Assembly (NCBI GenBank): GCA_947632375.1
Contig: CANRPF010000001.1
Coordinates: 28,131 to 92,130, forward strand
Source of the DNA: an uncultured Bacilli bacterium
GTDB taxonomy: Bacteria; Bacillota_I; Bacilli_A; RF39; UBA660
Length of the DNA stretch: 64,000 nucleotides
Direction of reading: 5' to 3'
The position numbers and the translations under genes are program-made. The notes under the pieces are model-generated. The model was not told the DNA's origin. It was given only the letters and a program-made list of their open reading frames with translations, and made no database searches. Positions 9,454 to 18,008 of the stretch are shown here, in pieces (the stretch's first letter is position 1; each line of letters begins with the position of its first letter).

Positions 9454-11916
9454 ATGGATAAGTTAGAACAAAATAATATTGTTACAGAGGTTAGACAATC
9501 ATTTCTAGATTATTCAATGAGTGTAATAGTATCTCGTGCTTTACCTGATTTACGTGATGGTTTAAAGCCTGTACATAGAAGAATTCTTTATGATATGTTA
9601 CAAAATGGTTTAACACCCGACAAGCAATATAGAAAATCTGCTACAATAGTAGGTGATGTTATGGGTAAATATCATCCACATGGGGATTCTTCTATTTATG
9701 AAGCTATGGTGCGTATGGCACAGGATTTTAACTATAGATATATGTTGGTCGATGGACACGGAAATTTCGGAAATATAGAAGGATATGGAGCTGCTGCTTA
9801 TCGTTATACAGAGGCAAAGTTATCAAAAATTTCTATGGAGTTACTTAGGGATATAAATAAAAATACTGTTAATTTTGTGCCTAATTATGATGAAAGTACT
9901 AAAGAACCAGAAGTGTTACCATCAAGATATCCAAATATACTTGTAAACGGAACTATGGGAATAGCTGTTGGAATGGCTACAAATATTCCGCCACATAATT
10001 TAGGCGAAGTAATTGATGGTTGTATTGCATATATAGATAATCCTGATATTGACACTGAGGGATTAATGCATTATGTAAAAGGACCAGATTTTCCAACAGG
10101 CGCTATAATACTTGGGAATAGTGGTATAAAGAAGGCTTACGAAACAGGAAGAGGAACAATTACCATTCGTTCGAGAGCTGAAATTGAAGAAAAAAATGGT
10201 AAACAATATATTATTATTAATGAAGTACCTTATGGTGTAAATACATTAGAATTAAAAAATAAAGTAGCTGAATTAGTTCACAATAAAGTTTTAGATGGAA
10301 TAACAGATTATCATGTTGATTTGAAAGATGGAGTCAAAATAACTATAACTTTACGTAAAGATGCTAATGCTCAAGTTATTTTAAATAAATTGTACAAACA
10401 CACATCATTTCAAACCACATTTGGAATAATATTTTTAATGTTAGATAATGGAGTTCCAAAAACTTTAGGATTAAAAGATATAATTTCAAAATATGTAGAT
10501 TATCAAAAAGAAGTAATAATTAGAAGAACTCAATTCGATTTAGACAAAGCAGAAAAAAGAGTTCATATATTAGAAGGATTAAAAATTGCGTTAGATCATA
10601 TCGATGAAGTTATAAAGTTAATAAGAGAGTCTGAATCAGATGAAGAAGCAAAAGCTGGATTGATGAGTCGTTTTGGTCTATCAGATGCACAATCTGAAGC
10701 AATATTAGAGATGCGTTTGAGAAGATTGACAGGACTAGAACGTAATAAAGTTGAAGAAGAATTAGCTGAATTATTAAAATTAATAGATAGTTTAAGAGAA
10801 ATTTTATCATCAGAAGAAAAAATACTTGGAATTATTAAAGATGAATTAAATGAAATAAAGGAAAAATATGGTGATGAAAGAAGAACAGATATTGATATGA
10901 CTGCAATAGAGTATATTGAGGATGAATCTTTAATACCAAATGAAAATGTAATAGTTACTCTAACAAATAAAGGATATGTAAAGAGACTTACACTTGATTC
11001 TTATAAAATACAAAACAGAGGCGGAGTAGGTGTAAAGGGAATGTCAACAAACGAAGAAGACTTTGTTAGACATATGATTGACGTTTCTACACATGATTAT
11101 ATATTGTTTTTTACAAATAAAGGTAAAGTATATAGAATTAAAGGATATGAAATACCAGAATTTAGCAAACAAGCAAAAGGGTTACCAATTATTAATTTAC
11201 TACAGATTGATAAAGACGAAGTTATCAACACTGTATTAAAAGTTTCTAAGGATGATACTGATACTAAATATTTAATATTCGGAACTAAAAAAGGATATGT
11301 AAAGAGAACACCTATATCTGATTTTGATAATATTAGAACAAGTGGAAAGATATGTATTACTCTTAGAAATAATGATGAATTAATTGGTGTAAAAAAGACA
11401 GATGGAAACAAATTAGTATTAATGGGATCTAGCGCTGGAAGAATGGTTTTATTTGATGAAAATGAAATTAGAATAATGGGTAGAACCGCTGCGGGAGTTC
11501 GTGGCATTAATTTGGGCGATGCCGATTGTGTTGGAATGGAGTTAGGTTTATCGGATGAAAACATTTTAATAGTAACCAAAAAAGGTTATGGCAAAAAAAC
11601 ACTTATCAGCGAGTATAGAAAAACGAAACGTGGTAGCAAAGGTGTTAAAGCTTTAAATATTACAGATAAGAATGGTGATATTGCCTCATTTAGTTTATCA
11701 AATGAAAATGAAGATTTAATAATAATAACTAATTCTGGAATGGTAATAAGAATGCCTATTTCACAAATAAGTCAATTAGGTAGAATTACGCAAGGAATTA
11801 AATTGATAAATTTAAAAGATAATCAAGAAGTATCTACAATAAGTGTAGTAATCAAAGAAAATCTAGTCGAAAACAACGATGATGTTTCACGTGAAACATC
11901 TAACATTGAAAATTAA
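9454..11916 (+). CDS. gyrA: DNA gyrase subunit A
   Basis: [25 protein letters not shown], catalytic AAYRYTE, GyrA-box QNRGGVG. Confidence 0.99.
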   Translation: MDKLEQNNIVTEVRQSFLDYSMSVIVSRALPDLRDGLKPVHRRILYDMLQNGLTPDKQYRKSATIVGDVMGKYHPHGDSSIYEAMVRMAQDFNYRYMLVDGHGNFGNIEGYGAAAYRYTEAKLSKISMELLRDINKNTVNFVPNYDESTKEPEVLPSRYPNILVNGTMGIAVGMATNIPPHNLGEVIDGCIAYIDNPDIDTEGLMHYVKGPDFPTGAIILGNSGIKKAYETGRGTITIRSRAEIEEKNGKQYIIINEVPYGVNTLELKNKVAELVHNKVLDGITDYHVDLKDGVKITITLRKDANAQVILNKLYKHTSFQTTFGIIFLMLDNGVPKTLGLKDIISKYVDYQKEVIIRRTQFDLDKAEKRVHILEGLKIALDHIDEVIKLIRESESDEEAKAGLMSRFGLSDAQSEAILEMRLRRLTGLERNKVEEELAELLKLIDSLREILSSEEKILGIIKDELNEIKEKYGDERRTDIDMTAIEYIEDESLIPNENVIVTLTNKGYVKRLTLDSYKIQNRGGVGVKGMSTNEEDFVRHMIDVSTHDYILFFTNKGKVYRIKGYEIPEFSKQAKGLPIINLLQIDKDEVINTVLKVSKDDTDTKYLIFGTKKGYVKRTPISDFDNIRTSGKICITLRNNDELIGVKKTDGNKLVLMGSSAGRMVLFDENEIRIMGRTAAGVRGINLGDADCVGMELGLSDENILIVTKKGYGKKTLISEYRKTKRGSKGVKALNITDKNGDIASFSLSNENEDLIIITNSGMVIRMPISQISQLGRITQGIKLINLKDNQEVSTISVVIKENLVENNDDVSRETSNIEN

Positions 11917-11977
11917 TTAATGTTTCACGTGAAACGTGCCAAATATAAATATTACATACAATGTTTCACGTGAAACC
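11883..11977. promoter_or_regulatory. Three parS (ParB/Spo0J) sites
   Basis: TGTTTCACGTGAAACA at 11883-11898 (perfect, inside gyrA), TGTTTCACGTGAAACG at 11921-11936, TGTTTCACGTGAAACC at 11962-11977. Confidence 0.95.
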
Positions 11978-11990
11978 TAATAAAATAAAT

Positions 11991-12019
11991 TTGAATTTAA
12001 TAACATTCTATGTTAGAAT
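11991..12019 (+). promoter_or_regulatory. sigma-A promoter of the SRP RNA
   Basis: TTGAAT-N17-TAGAAT with a TG extension. The predicted start (about 12026) coincides with the RNA 5' stem. Confidence 0.75.
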
Positions 12020-12025
12020 TAAATC

Positions 12026-12103
12026 GTGCAATTAATATTTATATTAACAGGTCAGGACGGGAACGTAGCAGCCAAATAGACAATATTAATGTGCACTTTT
12101 TTT
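12026..12103 (+). ncRNA. ffs: Signal recognition particle RNA, small 4.5S type
   Basis: Domain IV core GTCAGG-ACG-GGAA-CGT-AGCAGC with GNRA loop. Closing stems GTGCA/TGCAC and ATTAATATT/AATATTAAT, then a U-tract. Next to tadA-dnaX as in Bacillus. Confidence 0.92.
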
Positions 12104-12115
12104 ATGGAGTATAAT

Positions 12116-12544
12116 ATGGAACAAGAGTATATAAAACAACTATATAATCTAAGTAAAATAGCGTATAAAAAAAATGAAATTCCAATTTCAGCACTATTAA
12201 TTAAAGATGAAAAAATAATAGCAAAGGCATACAATAAAAAAAATATTGAACAAAATCCTCTTTTACATGCAGAGATTATTTGTTTGCAAAAAGCATATAA
12301 AAAGTTAAAACGTTGGAATTTAAATGATTGTGAATTATATGTTTCTTTAGAACCTTGTGACATGTGCAAAGAAATAATTGCAGAATCCAGAATTAAAAAT
12401 GTTTATTTTATTTTGAATAGAGGTAATATAAATAACAAATACACGAAAACACAATACAAACAAACGTTCACAGAATTAAATTTTATCAAATTAATGAATG
12501 ATGCATTTAAAAATATAAGAAATGTGAAGCAAATCGAGAAGTAA
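12116..12544 (+). CDS. tadA: tRNA adenosine deaminase TadA-like
   Basis: HAE and PCDMC zinc motifs, NEIPISA; start moved to ATG 12116 (RBS GGAG). Confidence 0.85.
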   Translation: MEQEYIKQLYNLSKIAYKKNEIPISALLIKDEKIIAKAYNKKNIEQNPLLHAEIICLQKAYKKLKRWNLNDCELYVSLEPCDMCKEIIAESRIKNVYFILNRGNINNKYTKTQYKQTFTELNFIKLMNDAFKNIRNVKQIEK

Positions 12545-12592
12545 TATAGACTAAAATTTTTACTTTTGATAAAATATAAATGGAGGGTTCTA

Positions 12593-14188
12593 ATGGAATA
12601 TAAAGTGCTTTATAGAAAATACAGGCCTACAAATTTTAATGAATTAGTTGGTCAAAATAATGTAAAAGATGTACTAATTAACTCAATAAAAACCAATAAG
12701 TTGGCTCACGCATATATATTTACAGGGCCTAGAGGCACGGGTAAAACTAGTACAGCTAAGATATTTGCTAAGACGCTGAACTGCCTAAATAATTCTAATG
12801 GAATTTCCTGTGAAGAGTGTGAAAGTTGCAAAAATTTTAAGGAATCACCTGATATAATTGAGATAGATGCCGCTAGTAATAATGGTGTTGAGGAAATAAG
12901 AACACTACGTGAGAATGTAAAAATATATCCTTATAATTCTAAATATAAAGTATATATAATTGATGAAGTTCATATGTTATCTAATAGTGCATGGAATGCG
13001 TTGTTAAAAACATTAGAAGAGCCGCCCAAACACGTTATATTTATACTTGCGACTACTGAAGTTAATAAAATTCCAATTACAGTAATGTCACGATGCCAGC
13101 GATTTGATTTTTTTAAGATACCTACATCTGAAATGCTTGAAAGATTAAAATACATAATAAAGGCAGAAAAAATTGAGATTGATGATGAAGCATTACAGGC
13201 AATAGTAAGATTATCAAATGGCTGTTTAAGGGATGCTTTAAGTGATTTAGATCAAGTATCTAAAATAGGAGGGAAAATAACATTATCAAATATAGAAAAT
13301 GTATTTGGTATTGTTTCAAAAAAGGAATTAGACACGTTGTTTACAGGCTTACAGGCCGGAAATAAAAAAATAATATCGGAAGTAATAGATGCTATAGAAG
13401 AAAAGGGTATTACTGTTTTAACTTTTATAAATGAATTTATAAATTATTTAATAGATAAAGTAATAAATGATAATTTAACATATGAAAATACTAATAACAT
13501 AAAAATACTTATAGAAAAAATTAATAAATTAATAATTTACTTTAATCCAATAGTGAATCCTTATTCATTACTAAAAATTGAATTGATTTCTTATAATTAT
13601 TTCCCGGGAAATAATTTAGAGGATAAGCCAGAAGAAAAAACTGAACAAAATTTGAGTTCTTTAGATAGTACTATTATCAAAAAGACGGACGAATCTGAAG
13701 TAAAAAACGAATACTCAGAAAATATTCATAAGATGTCAAGCAATGTTAAACTAGCAAGAATCAACAATAGTTTCTATAACGCTTCTAAAATAAAAAAGAA
13801 AAACTTTACTGAAAATTGGAATAAGTTTATAAAATATTTAGAATTACATAATAATTATAGTATATTAGGTATGTTAAATAATATAGAGATACAAGTTGTT
13901 TCTGATATGAATGCTATTTTTTCTTTTAAAAATGAATCTGATTCATTAATATTTAATAATCAGGTTTCATTTGTTGAAGTAGAATATAAGCGTGCTACGG
14001 ATGAGGAGATGAGTTTTATTTCTTTGGTTGAAAGTGAATGGTTAGAAAAGAAACAAGAGTATATCGCTAATAAAGAAAAATATAATAATTATATAGACGA
14101 AAAGAAAATTGAAATTGATGAAAATGATAATAATATTGAAAATTTAGCCGAAGAAATATTCGGAAATGATATAATAGAAATTAGATAG
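12593..14188 (+). CDS. dnaX: DNA polymerase III subunit tau/gamma
   Basis: LYRKYRP, GPRGTGKT, C4 zinc site, DEVHML, KTLEEPP, SRCQRF; start at ATG 12593 (RBS GGAGG). Confidence 0.97.
   Translation: MEYKVLYRKYRPTNFNELVGQNNVKDVLINSIKTNKLAHAYIFTGPRGTGKTSTAKIFAKTLNCLNNSNGISCEECESCKNFKESPDIIEIDAASNNGVEEIRTLRENVKIYPYNSKYKVYIIDEVHMLSNSAWNALLKTLEEPPKHVIFILATTEVNKIPITVMSRCQRFDFFKIPTSEMLERLKYIIKAEKIEIDDEALQAIVRLSNGCLRDALSDLDQVSKIGGKITLSNIENVFGIVSKKELDTLFTGLQAGNKKIISEVIDAIEEKGITVLTFINEFINYLIDKVINDNLTYENTNNIKILIEKINKLIIYFNPIVNPYSLLKIELISYNYFPGNNLEDKPEEKTEQNLSSLDSTIIKKTDESEVKNEYSENIHKMSSNVKLARINNSFYNASKIKKKNFTENWNKFIKYLELHNNYSILGMLNNIEIQVVSDMNAIFSFKNESDSLIFNNQVSFVEVEYKRATDEEMSFISLVESEWLEKKQEYIANKEKYNNYIDEKKIEIDENDNNIENLAEEIFGNDIIEIR
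13595..13616. promoter_or_regulatory. Second NBS-like palindrome, inside dnaX
   Basis: AATTATTTCCCGGGAAATAATT, identical to 751-772; encodes NYFPGNN. Confidence 0.8.
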
Positions 14189-14198
14189 GAGAGTTATT

Positions 14199-14492
14199 AT
14201 GAATAATTTAATGGCACAAGTTACAAGAATGCAAAAAGATATACAGAATAAACAAAAAGAAATTTATGGTACAGTATTTGTCGGAGAAAGTGAATGGGTT
14301 ACAATTGAAGTAATGGGAGATAAAAAAATCAAAAAAATCACAATAAAAAATAAAGAAATAAAAGATGAAGAAGATTTTGAATGTTTGGAAGATATGATAA
14401 AATTAGCCTTAGATGATGCTTTTTCTAAGATAGAAAAAGAAATAGAAAAAAAATTAGGTGCTTATAGCAAATCTTTAGGTGGATTATTTTAA
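14199..14492 (+). CDS. ybaB: YbaB/EbfC nucleoid-associated protein
   Basis: MNNLMAQVTRMQ...LEDMIKLA; lies between dnaX and recR. Confidence 0.9.
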   Translation: MNNLMAQVTRMQKDIQNKQKEIYGTVFVGESEWVTIEVMGDKKIKKITIKNKEIKDEEDFECLEDMIKLALDDAFSKIEKEIEKKLGAYSKSLGGLF

Positions 14493-15091
14493 TGTATCCT
14501 GATATATTGACAAAAACCATTGATTCTTTTAAAAAATTTAATGGAATAGGCGAAAAAACTGCAGAAAGATTAGCATTATCTGTGTTGGAAATGACTGATG
14601 AAGAAGTTGAAAATCTAGCAAGTGAACTTATAAAACTAAAAAATAGTATTGTAAAGTGTAAAGTGTGTGGTCATATTACAGATGATGAATTATGTAATAT
14701 TTGCAAAGATAAATTGCGTGATGATCATATAATCTGTGTGGTTGAAGACTATAATAGTGTAATTAAATTTCAAAAAACAGAAAATTATAATGGAAAATTT
14801 CACGTATTAAATGGTGTAATTTCTCCAATTGATGGAATTACACCTGATGATTTAAATATATCCTCTTTAATTGAAAGGTTAAAATCTACATCTGGTTCTA
14901 AGGAAGTAATTATTGCTTTAAAACCATCAATAGAAGGTGAAACAACAACTTTATATTTAAAGAAAATATTAGAAGAATTCGATGATATAAAAATAACAAG
15001 ATTATCTTATGGTATACCTGTTGGTGTAGAAATAGATTATTTAGATTCGATGACGCTTGATATGGCTTTAAGAGATAGAAAAGATATTTAA
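14492..15091 (+). CDS. recR: Recombination mediator RecR
   Basis: HhH GIGEKTAERLA, C4 zinc finger, Toprim IEGETT, GIPVG. Confidence 0.97.
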   Translation: MYPDILTKTIDSFKKFNGIGEKTAERLALSVLEMTDEEVENLASELIKLKNSIVKCKVCGHITDDELCNICKDKLRDDHIICVVEDYNSVIKFQKTENYNGKFHVLNGVISPIDGITPDDLNISSLIERLKSTSGSKEVIIALKPSIEGETTTLYLKKILEEFDDIKITRLSYGIPVGVEIDYLDSMTLDMALRDRKDI

Positions 15092-15110
15092 AAAATTTCT
15101 TGCATATAAT
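15082..15110 (+). promoter_or_regulatory. sigma-E-like promoter upstream of the bofA-like gene
   Basis: agATATT-N14-CATATAAT matches the B. subtilis sigma-E pattern (kmATATT-N14-CATAcanT). Confidence 0.5.
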
Positions 15111-15124
15111 TAAGCGGTGATAAA

Positions 15125-15301
15125 GTGAAAATATTTCGAGTAATAAAAAATATATTATTTGCATTTTTATATTTATTTGCAATAAACATGTTTTTAGTAA
15201 AAATTGGTTATAATATTCCAATAAATATTTTTAGTCTAGCTATTGTCTATTTTTTAAAACTTCCAGGAATAATGTTATTATTGTTTTTTAGTAGGTGGTA
15301 A
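15125..15301 (+). CDS. bofA: BofA-like pro-sigmaK processing inhibitor, small membrane protein (58 aa); absent from the ORF track
   Basis: GTG start after GCGGTGA. Reads MKIFRVIKNILFAFLYLFAINMFLVKIGYNIPINIFSLAIVYFLKLPGIMLLLFFSRW*; the N..G..IPIN...L.LPG signature and recR synteny fit BofA. Confidence 0.75.
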   Translation: MKIFRVIKNILFAFLYLFAINMFLVKIGYNIPINIFSLAIVYFLKLPGIMLLLFFSRW

Positions 15302-15302
15302 T

Positions 15303-16019
15303 ATGGATTCAAATGAAAAATTTTCTTTATTAAAAAAAGAATTTTTGGAAAATAAAAATTCTCACGCAATTATTTTTAATACTAATAATATTGAAAAGTG
15401 TAAAAAAGATGTTAATGATTTAATATCATTTATTTTTGGTAATAACAAGATAACCGAAAATAGTGATGTTGTAATTATTAAAAAAAATGATAAAGGAAAA
15501 ATATTGAAGGAAGATATACTACAACTTAGAGATTTTTTTCAAACAACTTCTATATATAATAAGAATAGAGTTTATTTAATTGAAGAAGTTCATAAATTAA
15601 ATGCTTCTTCAGCTAATTTAATACTTAAATTTTTAGAGGAACCTTTAGAAGGTGTTATTGCGTTATTTATTACAACAAATTTAGATGCAGTTCTTCCTAC
15701 AATTAAAAGTCGATGTCAGATTGAAACAATGATATACGACCAAGATGAAGAAATATCTGCAGATGATTATAATACTGTATGCATGATTTTACATAGCGAT
15801 AAAAATGTATATTTATTTAAATCAAAAAAAGAATTTGAAAGTTATGATCGTTCAGATTTAATTAATTTATTTAACAATTATTTAAATTTTTGTTATAATA
15901 GCAATAATTTAAATGATGAAATTAAAAATATAAAAAAAATAACCCGTGCTATAAGCATGTTAAACAATAATGTAAATACAGATTATGTTTTTGATTATTT
16001 GTATTTAGAAAGCGAGTAA
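15303..16019 (+). CDS. holB: DNA polymerase III delta-prime subunit (short form)
   Basis: VYLIEEVHKLNASSANLILKFLEEP, LPTIKSRCQ; upstream of ricT. Confidence 0.88.
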   Translation: MDSNEKFSLLKKEFLENKNSHAIIFNTNNIEKCKKDVNDLISFIFGNNKITENSDVVIIKKNDKGKILKEDILQLRDFFQTTSIYNKNRVYLIEEVHKLNASSANLILKFLEEPLEGVIALFITTNLDAVLPTIKSRCQIETMIYDQDEEISADDYNTVCMILHSDKNVYLFKSKKEFESYDRSDLINLFNNYLNFCYNSNNLNDEIKNIKKITRAISMLNNNVNTDYVFDYLYLESE

Positions 16020-16025
16020 AAAATA

Positions 16026-16799
16026 ATGGCAGTAGTAGGTGTGAAATTTAGAGATAATGGAAAAACATACTTTTTTAATGCAAATATAAAAATTGATATA
16101 GGTGATTTTTGTTTAGTTGATACAGAAAAAGGGTTACAATTAGCGAAAGTTTATACAGTAACCGAAGATGAAGAACAAGCACAAAAGGCGGAAAGAGAAG
16201 TTATTAGAAAAGCTACTAAACAAGATTATGAAGTATATTTGGATAATTTAAAATTAAGCAAAGAAGTTACAAATGCAACTAGAAAAAAGGTTGATGAAGA
16301 AGGATTATCAATGCATATTGTAGACTCAAATTATACTTTTGACAAAAAACAACTTACCATAAATTTTGTATCCGATGAACGTGTAGATTTTAGAGAATTA
16401 GTAAAATATCTTGCTGCTAAATATAAAACGCATATTGAATTGCATCAAATGGGTGTTAGAGATAAAGCAAAAGAAATAGGTGGAATAGGACAATGCGGGT
16501 TGCCCCTTTGTTGTACATCATTTAAAAAAAGTATTGATGGTATATCAATCAATATGGCAAAAAACCAAAATTTATCTTTAAATCCATCAAAAATCAATGG
16601 TTGTTGTGGAAGACTTTTGTGTTGTTTGTCATATGAAAATAAAGTATATTCTGAAGGAAGAAAAAATTTGCCAAAGATAGATGATGAAATAGTAGTTAAT
16701 AATAAAAAGTGTAAAGTAAAGGATATAAATATTTTAACCAATCAAGTTATTGTGGAACAAGACGGAGAAAATATTGTAGTTGATTATAATGAAAAATGA
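16026..16799 (+). CDS. ricT: RicT/YaaT (PSP1 domain) regulatory Fe-S protein
   Basis: DERVDFRELVK, GVRDKAKEIGGIGQCGLPLCC, KINGCCGRLLCCL. Confidence 0.93.
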   Translation: MAVVGVKFRDNGKTYFFNANIKIDIGDFCLVDTEKGLQLAKVYTVTEDEEQAQKAEREVIRKATKQDYEVYLDNLKLSKEVTNATRKKVDEEGLSMHIVDSNYTFDKKQLTINFVSDERVDFRELVKYLAAKYKTHIELHQMGVRDKAKEIGGIGQCGLPLCCTSFKKSIDGISINMAKNQNLSLNPSKINGCCGRLLCCLSYENKVYSEGRKNLPKIDDEIVVNNKKCKVKDINILTNQVIVEQDGENIVVDYNEK

Positions 16800-17466
16800 T
16801 TTGATGAAGTATGGTTTAAAAATCTATCAAAATCCAGATTTTTTTAAATATTCAATCGATTCTGTATTATTAGCGGAATTTGTTTTAATTAATGATAGAT
16901 GTAAAAATATAATTGATTTGTGTACAGGAAATGCGCCAATTCCTTTGATACTTTCAAAAAAATTTTCAAAAAATATTATAGGTGTTGAAATTCAACCTAA
17001 AATATACGATTTAGGTGTAAAAAGTGTAAAAACAAATCAAATTAAGAATATAAAACTAATTAATATGGATGCAAAAGACTTACCACTTCATTATAATAAC
17101 TTTTTTGATATTGTAACTTGTAATCCACCATATTTTAAAGTTTGTAGTACATCGATAATTAATAATATTTCAGAAAAATCTATTGCCCGACATGAAATAA
17201 AAATTAATCTTGAAGATATTTTTTGTATATCAGAAAAGATTTTAAAACATAGTGGCAGCCTTTGTATTGTACATAGATGTGACAGATTAATAGAATTGAT
17301 TGATTTGGCACATAAACATCACTTTGGATTGCGACGCATTCAATTTGTTTATGACAATGATCAAGCTCCAGGTTGTATGATTTTAGTAGAATGTAAATTA
17401 TTGTGTAAAGATGATTTGAAGGTAATGAAACCTATTTATATTAATAAGTATTTGGAGGAATTATGA
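16780..17466 (+). CDS. trmN6: tRNA1(Val) A37 N6-methyltransferase (YabB/TrmN6); start could be ATG 16789
   Basis: IDSVLL, DLCTGNAPIPL, CNPPY, SIARHE; yabB position. Confidence 0.85.
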   Translation: MIIMKNDLMKYGLKIYQNPDFFKYSIDSVLLAEFVLINDRCKNIIDLCTGNAPIPLILSKKFSKNIIGVEIQPKIYDLGVKSVKTNQIKNIKLINMDAKDLPLHYNNFFDIVTCNPPYFKVCSTSIINNISEKSIARHEIKINLEDIFCISEKILKHSGSLCIVHRCDRLIELIDLAHKHHFGLRRIQFVYDNDQAPGCMILVECKLLCKDDLKVMKPIYINKYLEEL

Positions 17467-18002
17467 AATTAATAGTTGGGTTAGGAAACCCAGGACAAGA
17501 ATTTAATAATACAAGACATAATATTGGTTTTAAAGTTATCGATAATTATTTAGGTGATGTGTCATTTAAAAAGAAATTTGAAGCTGAATTTTATAAAGAT
17601 TCAAATAATGATGTGATTTTTATTAAGCCTCTTACTTATATGAATAATTCGGGATTAAGTGTTAAACAGTTTATTAAATATTTTGACATTCAATTTGAAG
17701 ACGTGTTAGTAATACAAGATGATTTAGATTTATCTATTGGTGCTTATAGATTTAAATTTAATAGCTCTTCTGGAGGACATAATGGCATAAAATCTATAAT
17801 TAATGAAATAGGTTCTCAGGAGTTTGGCAGACTAAAAGTTGGAATATCGAATAATAGTTATATTGACACAAAAGATTTTGTGTTATCAAAATTTACGAAA
17901 GAAGAAATTAAAAAAATTGATTTTAATATTTTTAATGATGCAATAAATGATTTTATAAAATATGATATAAATTATGTAATGAATAAATACAATGGAAAGT
18001 GA
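17463..18002 (+). CDS. pth: Peptidyl-tRNA hydrolase
   Basis: LIVGLGNPG, TRHNIGF, KPLTYMNNSG, GGHNGIKS. Confidence 0.98.
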   Translation: MKLIVGLGNPGQEFNNTRHNIGFKVIDNYLGDVSFKKKFEAEFYKDSNNDVIFIKPLTYMNNSGLSVKQFIKYFDIQFEDVLVIQDDLDLSIGAYRFKFNSSSGGHNGIKSIINEIGSQEFGRLKVGISNNSYIDTKDFVLSKFTKEEIKKIDFNIFNDAINDFIKYDINYVMNKYNGK

Positions 18003-18008
18003 TATCTT

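Noticed and set aside
12052-12369. 105-aa minus-strand ORF over the SRP RNA and tadA
   Set aside because: It overlaps two real features and has no family signal.
13792-13798. In-frame A AAA AAG slippery heptamer in dnaX (gamma-type -1 frameshift)
   Set aside because: The same heptamer also occurs at about 13317; there is no upstream internal Shine-Dalgarno and no strong downstream stem; the motif is common in Lys-rich AT-rich genes.
16797-16799. Genetic code 4 (TGA as Trp), given the Mollicute-like traits
   Set aside because: TGA terminates ricT, pth and yabP at their expected ends, and conserved Trp residues use TGG.
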